Below, one piece after another: positions 1 through 14,052 of a stretch of 64,000 nucleotides of DNA. The position numbers and the translations under genes are program-made. Each line of letters begins with the position of its first letter. The stretch's first letter is position 1. The DNA lies in NCBI GenBank assembly GCA_964016885.1, contig OZ024753.1:8494001-8558000 (forward strand), written 5' to 3'. Below the pieces are notes generated by a model. It was not told where the DNA came from and searched no databases. It was given only the letters and a program-made list of their open reading frames with translations. The DNA is from Eledone cirrhosa (taxonomy: Eukaryota).

Positions 1-709
1 ACAATAGTAAATATAGAGTAATATAAATGCTAAAGGGTTAAACTCAGAGAGCAGAGAGACAGAACAAATACCACAAAGCATTCTATCTGACTTTCTAATG
101 ACTCTGTTAAATCGGCACCACATAATGTAAATAATTGTTATAATTATTCTTTAATCCGAGTTAAACTCCAAATTATGCCTGCTTCATTTAATGGAGAAAA
201 ATCATCTTAAAACATTTCTTCTTTTGTTCTTTTTTCTTTCAATCTAAGGAGAGTGAATCAAAAATAATTATTTATTCCTTGCCAGTTTTTTTTTCCATAA
301 TTACAAAAAATGCTACTGCGTGACTTCTTTTGTAAAATCCAAATATAATTATTATTTAATAATATGCTGCTGTATAATTAGAAGACGGAAAATTGACAGA
401 GTTGTTAGAAGGTCGAATGGGAGCCCACCAAGGTCAACTTTTCCTTTCATCCATTCAAGGTCAATAAAAAAAATTATCAGTCTAGTACTGGGGCCGATTC
501 TTTCTCTATATCTCTTTCTCACTTCCATTCTCTTTCTCTCTTTTTATCCTTCTCTGGAAGAAATCTGCTGTATTCAAGATTCCTAGAAAGGAAATGGGCT
601 CTGCCAGATTTTAAAATGCTCTAGAAATGCCATACCATTAATGCCATCAACATCATCACCACCATCATCATCATCATTTAACATCCATCTTCCACGCTAG
701 CATGGGTTG

Positions 710-1250
710 GACATGTATCTCCCAATGACACCCCTACAATCCCAGGTTCTATCAGGTTTAAACTGACTAAGACATGTCATATCTCCCAATGACATCTCTA
801 CAACTCCAGTTTCTGCCAGGTTTAAACGTACAATGACATGTCATATCTCCCAATGACCTGCAAATTTTATAGTGACATGTCATATCTCCCAATGACACCC
901 CTACAACTCCAGGTTCTGCCAGGTTTATAGTGACTAAGACATGTCATATCACCCAATGACCTGCAAATTTTATAGTGACTATGACATGTCATATCACCCA
1001 ATGACCTGCAAATTTTATAGTGACTATGACATGTCATATCACCCAATGACCTGCAAGTTTTATAGTGACTATGACATGTCATATCTCCCAATGACCTGCA
1101 AGTTTTATAGTGACAATGACATGTCATATCTCCCAATGACACCCCTACAACTCCAGGTTCTGCCAGGTTTATTATGACTAAGACATATCATATCTCCCAA
1201 TGACCTGCAAGTTTTATAGTGACTATGACATGTCATATTCCCAATGACAC
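710..1250. repeat. Mixed 45-bp / ~64-bp minisatellite
   Basis: Shared core gacatgtcatatc(t/a)cccaatgac followed by either ctgcaa.ttttatagtgac or acccctacaactccaggttctgccagg. Confidence 0.9.
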
Positions 1251-3903
1251 CCCTGCAATGACATCAGAAGTTCTGTGTTACATAGATACATTCTTATCTC
1301 ATGTGAGAGAAATCTCTGTCTTATACGGTTTATTAGATTGGTTAATTTTATATTTCATTTGATTCTTTTTATTTGCATGTTTTTTTTTTAAAGTAAATTT
1401 AACAATAATATTTTGGTAATTGTACAGGAATATATTTCTGTTATTTCCAACTTTTACTCATGTAAGTCACATGACATCAAAGTCTGCTACGATTAAAGCC
1501 AATATTGAAAGCAAACATTATTTACTAAGTTAACGACTTCTAAAACAACAATGTAAATTACACAGTAGGGGAGTAAATATTGTAAACGTGAGTAAAGCAA
1601 TTATTTTTACTATTTTCAATTTTCCAGTATTATTTTAATAAATGTTTTGTTTTGGGTTTTGAGTAAGAATAAATGATTGGTTGTTTTTGAGGTGCAAATG
1701 GTAGATAGTAACAGCAATGGCGTGACCAACGGGAACCTTGTTTCCTTGGTCTTATTTGATGAGCTCCACTCCACCCAATAAGCGAATGAAGTATGGAATC
1801 TTGTTGATCAATTCCTTTTAATAAATAATTGTTTCTACTTTTGGCACAAGGCCAGCAATTATCCCAGTGCATTACTGGTACTTTATTTTATCGGCCCCTT
1901 AAGGATGAAAGGCAAAGTTAACCTCGGCAGGATTTGATCTCAGATCAGAAAGGGGCGTAACTCTGTGCTGCAAAGCAAGTTGCCCGACTCTCTACCGATA
2001 CTGCCAAACCACCGCCCTCACAAACCTTTTAGTAAATAATATTTAGTGGGGTGGGCTTATATACGTCATCTAAACCAGGCATGTTAAACATGTACAGTTT
2101 AAAACAGTTTGGTATCAAAATGGTTAAATTTACAAAATATAAAAAATAGACAGGCAACACGGTAAAAACGTCCCAGTCCCACACTGTAAATGTGGTTGGT
2201 GTTAGGAAGGGCATCCAGCTGTAGAAAACCTGCCAGACAGTCCACGCTGTAATGTGGCCGTGTAGGCAACACGGTAAAAACCTCCCAGCCCCACACTGTA
2301 AATGTGGTTGGTGTTAGGAAGGGTATCCAACTGTAGAAAACCCGCCAAGACAGTCCTATGCGAGCAAGACAACCACTCTTGCCTCAAGTGGGAAAACTCC
2401 CGTCCAAACCCATGCAAGCATGGAACACAGACGTTAAACGATGATGATGATGATAACAGTTTTAGAACTTTGTTTTATCATGCCTACCACCCACACAAAC
2501 TAAAATTTATCTATTTTATTCAATAACCTCTAACTACACACCCATCCAATTATTTTCATTATTCCCTCCTCACAACTTGTTTTATGCTACTAAAACTACT
2601 CTGTTTGGGAAGTCTTGGCAAAATTCCTATTTCTAATTTCATAGCCTTTCCTTTCAATTCAAAAGAGGGCAGTATAGCATTATATATGCAAATTTATTCA
2701 ATTTTTCCCTCCCCTTGACTGAAGAACAACAGTTACTGTTTCTGACAAAAATTTAAAATTCCAAAATATTTTAATTTTTAAATTAATTTGATTAATCATT
2801 ATAGAATATAAAGTTGTATATATTTGTACCTTAGTGGGAGCTATAGTGATTAGTGTTCTTTTTGTTTTCTTTTCTTCCATTCATTATCAGCAATGTTAAA
2901 AATAAAATTATAAGCAAGAAGATGAGTGTATAATATCTCTTAAAATTAAATTAATAATGTGTGTGTTTGGGTGTGTTCTTTTGGTGGTGGTGGTGGTGGG
3001 GGGTGGGGGGGGGGGGCTTCTAACTTCATCAGATTTTTCAGTGAAGAAGCAACAAACACTATTATAGAACAAAATGGTAATATACCACTGACCTAATTCC
3101 ACTTCTTGATTTTGGTTCCAAGATTTGTAACCATTTTTCGTCACATCTCTGACTCATTTCTTCATTCTTTTTCACTGTTTATTTGTATATATGTACAAGA
3201 ATAAAGAAGACAGCTCACACCTATGCAGGCTTAGCTGGCCTCCTCCAAGGTATATCTCGTTGGAGGTGTCTTGGGTGATTTAATGATAGGGACCCCAGTC
3301 CTATCACCTCATTTCTACAGCTGAATAAACTGGAGCAATGTGAAATAAAGTCGGTCCGAGAATTGAACTCACAACCTTTCGATTGCAAGCCCAATGCTCT
3401 AACCACTAAGCCATGCGCCTTCACTGTATATACAGCATCATTATCATCATCATCATTGTTTTAACATCTGCTTTTCTTCCTAGCAAGGGTTGGATATGTT
3501 AAGGGAGTTTCTGTATGTGTGCATGTAACATAAATACACAGACCACAGCCATTTAACTGTTCATTAGCTTATACATGTTAACACATTTATACATGTTAAC
3601 ATGTTTATACATGTTAACATGTGTTTGCTTATACATATTAACCTTTTAATAACAACCTGGAGAAAACTGGCCAAAATCAAAAGAAAACCACCCATTTCAA
3701 ACATTTCCTATATAGAATTATATCTTCCAACATATTATTATAGAAGAACCATATATTAAATTATTATATTAGGAACAAAATAATTAATTATTTGAGTAAA
3801 TCCTTTAAAATTCTGCATTAATTAATTGAGAGACAATATATTTCTTTATAAATGCGGCCAGGAAAGAGTTAATATCATAAATACACAGACCACAGCCATT
3901 TAA

Positions 3904-4124
3904 CCCTTTAGCATTTACATTTCTCTATATTTTTTATTGTATTTTTATGGTGAAGGCTTTATTTCATATAATTATCTTAAATAACATCGAATCTATGAGA
4001 TTTTGATGTTATTTATTTTGAGAACAATACCTTAACATCAGTGTGAGCAGCTAGTTATGACTGGTTTGAACAGAAAGAGGTGAGAGAATTCTGGCCGGAT
4101 ATGGCCGGTTTAAATGCTAAAGGG
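3904..4124. mobile_element. piggyBac-like MITE; copies 5644-5853 and 33358-33643, partials at 6035-6180, 37168-37225 and window start
   Basis: TTAA|CCCTTTAGCATTTA ... TAAATGCTAAAGGG|T(C/T)AA terminal inverted repeats. Confidence 0.8.
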
Positions 4125-4153
4125 TCAACTGTTCATTTGCTTATGCATGTTAA

Positions 4154-4601
4154 CCCTTTTAGTACCAACCTGGCCAAAACAGGCCAAAACCAGCCAAAAC
4201 TGGTGAAACCCAGCCCTGGTTCTATGAACAAACCCCACCTATTTCAAACATTTCCTATATAGAATTATATCTTTCAACATGATATTATACAAGAACCATA
4301 TGTTAAGTTATATTAGAAATGCAGTATCAGTAGAGCATCAGACAACATGCTTTGCAGCATAGAGTTATGGCCCTTTACGTTCTGAGTTCAAATCCTGCCG
4401 AGGTTAACTTTGCCTTTCAGCCTTACGGGGTCAATAAAATAAAGCACCAGTAATGCACTGGGGAAATTGCTGGCCTTGTGCTTAAAGTATAAACAATTAT
4501 ATTAGGAACGAAATGATTAATTATTTGAGTAAATACTTCAAAATTCTGCATTAATTAATTGAGAGAAAATATATTTCATTATAAATGCGGTGAGGAAAGG
4601 G
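4154..4601. mobile_element. Second piggyBac-like MITE with a nested family-B SINE; relatives at 3643-3867, ~8835-9100 and ~17350-17515
   Basis: TTAA|CCCTTT ... AAAGGG|TTAA; the SINE at 4318-4500 interrupts sequence that is contiguous in the 3643-3867 copy. Confidence 0.7.
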
Positions 4602-4823
4602 TTAAGGGAATTTCTAGAATTTCTATATGTATATATATATCATAAATAAGCAAACCACAGCCATTGATATTACAATGCCTGGACAGTGTGGGGGAATGCT
4701 TTCTGATATACAAACCTCGGGTGCCTGCTACTCCATGGCCCCAGGGGATGGAATTGAGTAAGTGTTATCTTATAATATTCTTTGTAAACCCATAAATCAC
4801 ATGACCTATATCTTGGAGAAAGG

Positions 4824-4827
<4 letters not shown>

Positions 4828-4863
<36 letters not shown>

Positions 4864-5445
4864 CCCTCACGCACACGCTCTCTCCCTCCCTCTCACACAC
4901 ACGCTCTCTCCCTCTCTCTGTCTCATGCTCTCTCTCTTTCTCCCCTCTTATGCTCTCTAACTCTCTTTCTTCCCTCACTTTCTCCTCCCTCTTCTATCTC
5001 TCCCTCCCTCTCTCTCTCTCTCCCTCTCTCTCTCTCATGCTCTCTCTCTTTCTCCCCTCTCTTTCTTCTTCCCTCCTCTCTCACTCTCACTCTCTTTCAT
5101 GCCCTCTCTCTCTCTCTTCTTTCTCCTGTTCCATCTCTCATGCTCTCTCCCTTCCCCCTGCTCTCTTTCTCCCCTCCTCTCCATTCCCCCTTCTCTCTTT
5201 CTCCCCCTCCCCTTCTCTTCCCTCTCCCATGTAGTCCTTACAAACAATAATTAATTATACATGACACAACATATCACATCGCATCGCATCGCATCGCATC
5301 GCATCGCATCGCATCGCATCACATCGCAACATATCACATCACATCGCATCGCATCGCATCGCATCGCATCGCATCGCATCACATCACATCACATCACAAC
5401 ATATCACATCGCATCGCATCGCATCGCATATCACATCACATCTCA
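4828..5445. repeat. (CT)-rich polypyrimidine tract followed by (GCATC/ACATC)n
   Basis: Direct inspection. Confidence 0.9.
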
Positions 5446-6683
5446 TTTAGTTAAGTTTGAAACTCAAAAATAAAACCATATTTAGGTATACAAGTTAGAA
5501 TTTACATAGACTGGAGGTATAGGGTTTCTAGAATAATTTCTATAATACACAAATACAATTACCAGACCTGCAGCATTGTGCACAGACCAAGATTAATATT
5601 CAAATGAACCACAGATGGTTAGATTTGATTAGGTTGAGTTTAACCCTTTAGCATTTACATTACTATTGCATTTTTGTGGTAAAGGCTTTATCTTACATAA
5701 TTATCTCATATAATATTGAATCTACGAGATTTTGATATTACTTATTTTGAGAACAATACCTTAATGTCAGTATGAGCGGCCAGTAAGAGCCAGTTTGAAC
5801 AGAAAGAGGCAAGAGAAATATGGCTGGATATGGCTGGTTTGAATGCTAAAGGGTTGGTTAAAACAATATTTTCAATCAGAAAATTGCTTATTTTTATATG
5901 TTTGAAGTATAAAAAAAAATTCAAATAAGGATTTATTGGGCATATGTGACAATTGTAACGAGTATTTTATATAATAGACAAAACTGTGACCCACCATGCT
6001 TCCAATTTATCAATGTATACATACAGTAGGTTAACTCTTTAGCATTTACATTACTCTGTATATACTATGGTATTTTCAGGTAAAGGCTTTACTTCACATA
6101 ATTATCTCACATAATATCAAATCTACAAGATTTTGAGAACAATACCTTAACATCAGTATGAGTGGCCAGTTCTGGCCTGTTGCATGCCCCTGCTCTATGC
6201 TAAACTATAGAAATATTATAACTAGATTCTGGATTTCAGAGGCTTTATACTAATTTATAGAAATATTACAACACAATTTGAGTTAGAGCCTCTATATTTA
6301 AAATTAAACTATACAAATATAACTTGGAGTTTTAAGAGATAATATGGATCCCAAAAGATTCCATAAAAAAACACAAAACAAAAAAAAAAGACGAGAGCTG
6401 ATAAAATGCAAATATATGACAATATTCTGACAATAAGTTTATTATCAAAATACTAATTACTAATGCATTTTGATTAGTTTTCACCTCCTGAGAGTTTATG
6501 CATAGCTTTGAGAACAATGAGATATCTCCTGTATAAAACATGATAAACCCTGCAGTATCATTATCAGTTTATGACATCAGGTTAATACATCTCTTCTGGG
6601 CAAGATATTCCACAATTATTTCAAAGATAGTAAGAATATTTATATTCTGAAAGATTATCATGGTTTTTGGTTTGCTTTTTACA

Positions 6684-6735
<52 letters not shown>

Positions 6736-7050
6736 TATTATTACTATATATATTTGGGAGGGGGGGTTGTGGTGATCGAGAGGTGGTGGTGGTGGTGGTG
6801 GGGAGGTGTTCTTTTTGTTCCTATTTGTATCAATTCTTTGTATATTTTAAATATTAATGAAAGAGTGAATAAACACCGAAATGTGTGTGTGTTTGTGCAC
6901 GTGTGAATGTGTATATTTGTCTGTGTGTGTGTGTATATATATATATATGTATACATATATGTGCTGTGTGTATCTATATATATATATGTGTGTGTGTATA
7001 TATATATATATATATTTCTATTTCTATATATATATATATGTGTGTGTGTG

Positions 7051-7082
<32 letters not shown>

Positions 7083-7090
7083 AATATTTA

Positions 7091-7144
<54 letters not shown>

Positions 7145-7152
7145 AATATTTA

Positions 7153-7206
<54 letters not shown>

Positions 7207-7214
7207 AATATTTA

Positions 7215-7245
<31 letters not shown>

Positions 7246-7335
7246 TTATATATGTATATTTATACATATATGTGTGTGTGTATATATATATATTAATACT
7301 TATATGTGTGTATGTGTGTTTGCATGTGTATACAC
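6684..7335. repeat. (TA)n/(TG)n compound microsatellite with ~62-bp higher-order units
   Basis: Direct inspection. Confidence 0.9.
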
Positions 7336-8877
7336 ACCCATTTGAATTGTCTAATGTATGTAATAGAGTTATGCAATGTATGTAATAGATTTGATTTTAT
7401 TCGAAGTAGTCTTCTATTTTATTCTACTTTAACTTTCCTACTTCCATTTGTTTCATGTACATAATAATTACAATAATTGTTTCTACTTTTGGCACAAGGC
7501 CAGCAATTACCCCAGTGTATTACTGGTACTTTATTTTATCGACCCCGTAAGGATGAAAGGCAAAGTCAACCTCGGCGGGATTTGAACTCAGATTGTAAAG
7601 GGACGTAACTATACTGCAAAGCATGGCGTCCGACCCTCTACCGTTACTGCCAATCCACCGCCTTAATAAGGGTTTCTTATATAGGCACAAGGCCAGTAAT
7701 TTGGGGGGAGGGGAAAGTCGATTAAATCGAGCCCAGTGCGTGACTGGTACTTTATTTTATCGACCCCGTAAGGATGAAAGGCAAAGTTAACCTCGTCGAA
7801 ATTTGAACTGAGAACGTAAAGGACCATAACTCTATGCTACAAAGCATGGTGTCCGATCTTCTACCGATACTGCCAATCCACTGTAAAAATAATAATAACA
7901 ACAATATTTACTCATACACTCACACACACACATGTTTGCATATATACTTGTGTGTGTATGTGTGTGTGTGTGTATGTGTATGCCCTCTCTTTTCACACTG
8001 TAGATATATTACTGTCTAGTTTCATTAAGTCCTCATCCAATAATTTAAATCACTGTTGTATTCATAGCATTTCTTTCATCTGACATTCTCACCATTAAAT
8101 TCCAGATAATCATTGCAGCTCTTCTCCTATCGAGTTCTCATTCGTATAGGAAAAACGTAGAGACATTTGTGAGAGAATTCAGTCGCTAAATTAATTAAAG
8201 TATGGGGCAGTTATGCGCAGAACAAGGAAATGCTCAACAAGATCCCACACCTCATTTGCTTGCTGTGTGAGCTAGAACTTGTCAGATTGGACCAAAGAAA
8301 CAATATTTCCATTGGTCATTCTATTGCTGATATTATCTACCAGTCTCCCACCCCTCCCACCGGTATCGGGAGCTCTGTAAAAGAGCATGGATACAACCTT
8401 TTCACCTTTAATCCTGTAGCCCTTTTCTAACAAAATAGTATTTTAATTAATTGTTTCTACTTTAGGCACAAGGCCAGAAATTACCCAGTGCATTACTGGT
8501 ACTTTATTTTATCGACTCCGTAAGGATGAAAGGCAAAGTCAACCTCGGTGGGATTTGAACTCGGATCGTAAAGGGACGTAACTATGCTGGAAAACATGGC
8601 GTCCGACCTTCCACCGATACTGCCAATCCACCGCCCTATGCTAATTGTCTCTACTTTAGGCACAAGGCCAGCAATTACCCAGTGCATTACTGGTACTTTA
8701 TTTTATTGACCCCGTAAGGATGAAAGGCAAAGTCAACCTCGGCGGGATTTGAACTCAGATCGTAAAGGGACGTAACTATACTGGAAAGCATGGCGTCCGA
8801 CCCTCCACTGATACTGCCAATCCACCACCCTATTTTAATTAATTAATGAAGAATTTTGAGGGATCTACAAAAATTAC

Positions 8878-8956
8878 TGAGGAGATGATGAAGGACTGTG
8901 ACAAGTGGAGAGATGCTGTGCAGGGAAAAGCGGATGTAAAATGATGATGATGATGA
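8878..8956 (+). mobile_element. Very short RTE LINE 3' remnant
   Basis: gaggagatgatgaaggactgtgacaagtggagagatgctgtgcagggaaaagcggatgtaaaa(tga)n matches the 26346-26640 element. Confidence 0.65.
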
Positions 8957-10008
8957 TTTCATTAGCATGATAGTAACTTAATGTAAGGTTCTTGTATAAA
9001 ATTATGTTTGAAGATTTTAATTTAAATTGGAAACCTTTAAAATGGGTGGTTTTATTTCATAGAACTAGAACCGGCTTTGGCCAGTTTGGTAACTAATGTG
9101 TTAAGGCTCAATAAATTACTACACCAAGTTGTTGGTTGATTGTGAGAATTATTAGAGTTTGACAAGATACTTTGCAGTGTCTCTTTTGGTCCTGTGCATT
9201 CTAAGTTCAAATCCTGCCTCTTGTTACTGTGAAAATGGTGACATGATAAAACTGGGGTCTCTATTATTAAAACAACCATGAAACTTCTAAAGAGACATTA
9301 ACTTAGAGGAGGTCAGCAAAGCTTGTGCAAGTGTGAATTACAAGAACAACAAGCATTTCATTATTCCTATGTCTAGGGTCTTTTACTGAAATGGGTAGTC
9401 CATTTAACTTGAACAAACTGTTATTAACTGTTACACACCAGAAAAGGGACAAGCTATACCTTAAAGATTTATCTAAGGTTAGTCATCAGTGTCCTTATGG
9501 TCCAGTGAATTAAAGGGCTTGCCAGAAAAGCATAATAATATTTTGACAAGGGCTGAAACACTTGCTTGAGTGGAGTTTCTTCTCTGAAACCTTCTGCTGT
9601 CCAGTCCTCCTGAGAGTTTTTTTCCACCAAATTACATAAACCCTCATTGAAAGTGGTACCCATCAAATCATTTATATGATATTACAACAGCTAGCCTGGA
9701 AAGCATAGTAATATTTTAATAACACTAAGATATCATCATCATGATCCTCGTTTAACGTCCATTTTCCATGCTAGCATGGGTTGGACAGTTTTGTCCAACT
9801 TGAGGCAAGATTGGTCGGGAGACTGTATCTCGCTCATACAAAACTGTTTCTGGTAGGTTTTTTACGGCTGGATGCCCTTCATAACACCAACCACATTTAC
9901 AGTATCTAGTAGAAGCGATCTTCTAGTTAACCGTATGTCAGAAACTGGAGGTACAAGAAGTGAAATGTTATTTTCAATACATTATATATTGAACATGTAT
10001 AAGCATTT

Positions 10009-10757
10009 ACTGGAAGTGATACCAACAAGGGCCAAAACACTTGCTTGATGGGCTCAGAGATTCTTCTCTGAAGACCTTCTGCTGTTCACCTTTTTTGAGA
10101 ATTTCTTACCACCAAGTTACATAAAACTTCACTGGAAGTGGTACCAACAAGGGCCAAAACACTTGCTTGAGGACTGAGAGATTCTTCTCTGAAGACCTTC
10201 TGTTGTCCAGCTCTCCTGAGAATTTCTTACAACCAAGTTACATAAAACTTCACTGGAAGTGGTACCAACAAAGGCCGAAACACTTGCTTGAGGACTGAGA
10301 GCTTCTTCTCTGAAGACCTTCTGTTGTCCAGCTCTCCTGAGAATTTCTTACAACCAAGTTACATAAAACTTCACTGGAAGTGATACCAACAAAGGCCGAA
10401 ACACTTGCTTGAGGACTGAGAGATTCTTCTCTGAAGACCTTCTGTTGTCCAGCTCTCCTGAGAATTTCTTATAACCAAGTTACATAAAACTTCACTGGAA
10501 GTGGTACCAACAAAGGCCGAAACACTTGCTTGAGGACTGAGAGCTTCTTCTCTGAAGACCTTCTGTTGTCCAGCTCTCCTGAGAATTTCTTACAACCAAG
10601 TTACATAAAACTTCACTGGAAGTGATACCAACAAAGGCCGAAACACTTGCTTGAGGACTGAGAGATTCTTCTCTGAAGACCTTCTGTTGTCCAGCTCTCT
10701 TGAGAATTTCTTACCACCAAGTTACATAAAACTTCACTGGAAGTGGTACCAACAAAA
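10009..10757. repeat. 121-bp tandem repeat (~6 copies); diverged monomer at ~9550-9670
   Basis: actggaagtg recurs at 10131, 10252 and 10373 (period 121). Confidence 0.95.
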
Positions 10758-11409
10758 TATTTATATGATAATAACAAAAGCTACAGAAACTTTAAATATA
10801 AACTAAAGCCTCTTTAACTTCATAGAATCTCTCATCACAGACATTAAGTTATCTTCAGTCATTCTTTTTTTTTTTTTTTTTTTGTTGATGTTGTTTTTAC
10901 CATTTCCCATACTGCCACACCTCAAATACGGGGAAATCTAGAAATATTCTAATTATATGGTTAACTAAATTAGCAAATGTTTGCAAATATTTGTTACAAT
11001 TCATATTAAAAAACAAAACAAAACAAAACAGAACAGAACAAAACAGACATAAATAAAACAAAAAAAAATCAAAAAAAAATCAAATAAAATACATTATAAA
11101 AAAAAACTGATATAAAAATATAATTTGGTGGGGAGGGGAAGAGGAAAAGAATTGCTTTATGTTATTTAGAAAATTTGATTTGATCAGTGAAAGGCCCTTT
11201 AGCTGAAAAGGTGGCTAGGAAAAGATTTATTTAATATAGCGTCTCAATCTTCTTGCTAATTCTTATACCGATAATTATTACTTGTTGTATTAGGAGGAAA
11301 TTAAGAATAATTGGGTTAACATCCTCAAAGACATACGTTGCTTAACTTCTGATGTATTAGAAGAGAAATTAGCGTTTCTTTCTAATAATCTGGTTATTGA
11401 CATAATCAA

Positions 11410-12265
11410 CTTTGGCAGCATCAGCATCACTGTATTATCATCATCATCATCAACATCAGCAATAGCAGCAGCAATATCAGCAATATCAGCAATAGCAGCA
11501 GCAATATCAGCAGCAGCAATATCATCAACATCAGCAATAGCAGCAGCAATATCAGCAGCAGCAATATCAGCAATATCAGCAACGTTTCTCATCATGATTG
11601 ATATCTTCATCAACTTTAGCATCATCAGCATAGTTAGTTATCATCATCATCATCGTCATCAGAGTCATCATCATCATCATCATCATCATCACAGTCATCG
11701 TCAGAGTCATCGTCATCACTGTTATCATCATCATCATCATCATCATCACAGTCATCATCATCATCATCATCATCGTCAGCACTGTTATCATCATCATCAC
11801 AGTCATCATCATCATCATCATCATCATCATCGTCATCACAGTCATCATCAGTCATCATCATCTCGTCAGCACTGTTATCATCATCATCATCAACAATCTC
11901 ATCATCATCATCATCATCAACAATCTCATCATCATCATCATCATCATCGTCATCACTGTTATCATGATGATGATTATCATCAGCATCATCATCAGCAGCA
12001 GCATAGCCATTGTTACTGCTAGCATCATCATCATCAGCAAAGCCATTGTTACTGCTAACATCATCATCATCTTCATCATCATCATCAGCATTGCCATTGT
12101 TACTGCTATCATCATCATCATCATCATCAGCATTGTCATTGTTACTGCTAACATCATCATCATCTTCATCATCATCAGTGTTACCACCACCATCATCATG
12201 ATTGTCAACATCATCCCAATCATCTCCATCACTACTGCAGCCCATTAGCAGCAATATCGCTCTCA
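11410..12265. repeat. Large (CAT)n/(CAG)n trinucleotide array
   Basis: Direct inspection; the source of the poly-H/D/M/S/I ORFs. Confidence 0.95.
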
Positions 12266-12332
12266 TCAGTAATGTAATTTACACCAGTTGTTGCTGTCTT
12301 TAAAACACGCACATATATACACACACTCATAC

Positions 12333-12393
<61 letters not shown>

Positions 12394-12546
12394 GTAATAA
12401 ACAACATAAGGCAATTATTTCATTTACCAGTGGTTTCTTGAAATAATTGCCTTATGTCGTTTATTACATAAATATTAAGCTCTGTTACTTACATAGAGCA
12501 ATCTTTTTTCCTGGACTTTTCCGATGGAATTACTTCATTCACACAC

Positions 12547-12580
<34 letters not shown>

Positions 12581-12757
12581 CAAACATCACGGGCGCTCTA
12601 TCTCAAAATTATTTTTGAAAAGCATTAGAAATGCGCAACCGGTAAAACTTAAAACCAAAATGAATACTAACCAATACTATTACTAATTCTCACTTATTCC
12701 TAATTAAACTATTTTTCACTGTGAACAATTTGTCAGCATTTTCTTTTCCGTTTACCA

Positions 12758-12789
<32 letters not shown>

Positions 12790-12880
12790 TAAGAATCTTT
12801 TCCTACTATATCAAGCATTAGACTAATATATTTCTTCATTGTTCTGTGTCATTTGCTTTGTTATTTCTGTTTACTTTTTG

Positions 12881-12911
<31 letters not shown>

Positions 12912-12924
12912 GTATGTGTATATG

Positions 12925-13197
12925 TGTGTATATGTAGGGAACGTCTACATGAACCAAAGTATCGTCTTCCTGTTTTCCTTTGGATGCAACGTTTTACAAA
13001 ATATTTACTTCTGCGTTCACAGATTGATTTTTTTTAGTTTCAGAAGATCCCGTTAAGGGTGAAAGCAGCGATTCTTTGCTTAAATTTTAATCTGTTATTT
13101 TAATAAATATTTGCTCTAGGGTTCTTATATATTTGATATATATTTATCCTTATCGAACCCTCTTTGGATTTTAGTCGTCTAATTTATTATTATTACT
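12925..13197 (+). mobile_element. (TA)n-tailed element with a decayed hammerhead core; 5'-truncated copy at 18937-19087
   Basis: cAGAAGA-t-CCC-gttaa-GGG-t-GAAA at 13041-13064; ~150 bp nearly identical between the two copies. Confidence 0.5.
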
Positions 13198-13392
13198 ATA
13201 TATATATATATATATATATCCGAATTACTTGGTCGTTTCTTTGGCTGTGCGGATGTTTGTTTAACCATCGTCTCAGTGTGTTTGGCCTTTAACGTATGTT
13301 GTAGTTCTGATTCATCTGAATCATTGAGCGCTTGCTACACATCTCGGAAGTTGTTTTTCGTTAATTCCTAAGCCGAAATACGATTCTTGCTA

Positions 13393-13436
<44 letters not shown>

Positions 13437-13788
13437 CGCTTTTGAATATGTTTTGCAAGATTTCTTATCTGAAAACATGTGTTGAAACAGATATTGTTAT
13501 ACTTTGGGGGGGGGGGGGGGGGGGGGGCATGCTGGCACCATGACCCTGCCAAAGTATAACAATGATAAACGTTGATTGCCAAATAAATTAACTATGAAGA
13601 TATAAAAGATACAGAAGCGAAAACCGACCAAACAGTGAGTGTGTTCTGTTATTATTTCTGGCAATATTATTACAACAATATGACCCTCCCCAAGTATTAT
13701 TATTATTATCATCATCATCATCATCGTTTAATGTCTATCTTCCACGCGAGCATGGGTTTATAACAATATATATGTGTGTGTGTATGTA

Positions 13789-13859
<71 letters not shown>

Positions 13860-14021
13860 ATATATAAATAAATTTAAATATCAAGTTTTGAAATGCGAGA
13901 GTATTAGAGTTCGTAGAAAAATGGAAAAATTTGGCGAAAGGAAGCTGTTAAAAAGCAAAATGCCATCGACAGCATTTTGATGTTTTAACAGCTTCCTTAC
14001 GCTGAGTTTTTCCATTTCCCT

Positions 14022-14052
<31 letters not shown>

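Noticed and set aside
1428-1461. Possible 34-nt exon (tgtacag|GAATAT..CTCAT|gtaagt)
   Set aside because: Good donor but weak polypyrimidine tract, length not a multiple of three, and no Ig or clear signal-peptide match; cannot be supported without RNA data.
11290-12266. Poly-His/Asp/Met/Ser ORFs
   Set aside because: Trinucleotide (CAT)n array open in many frames on both strands; no splice or domain evidence.
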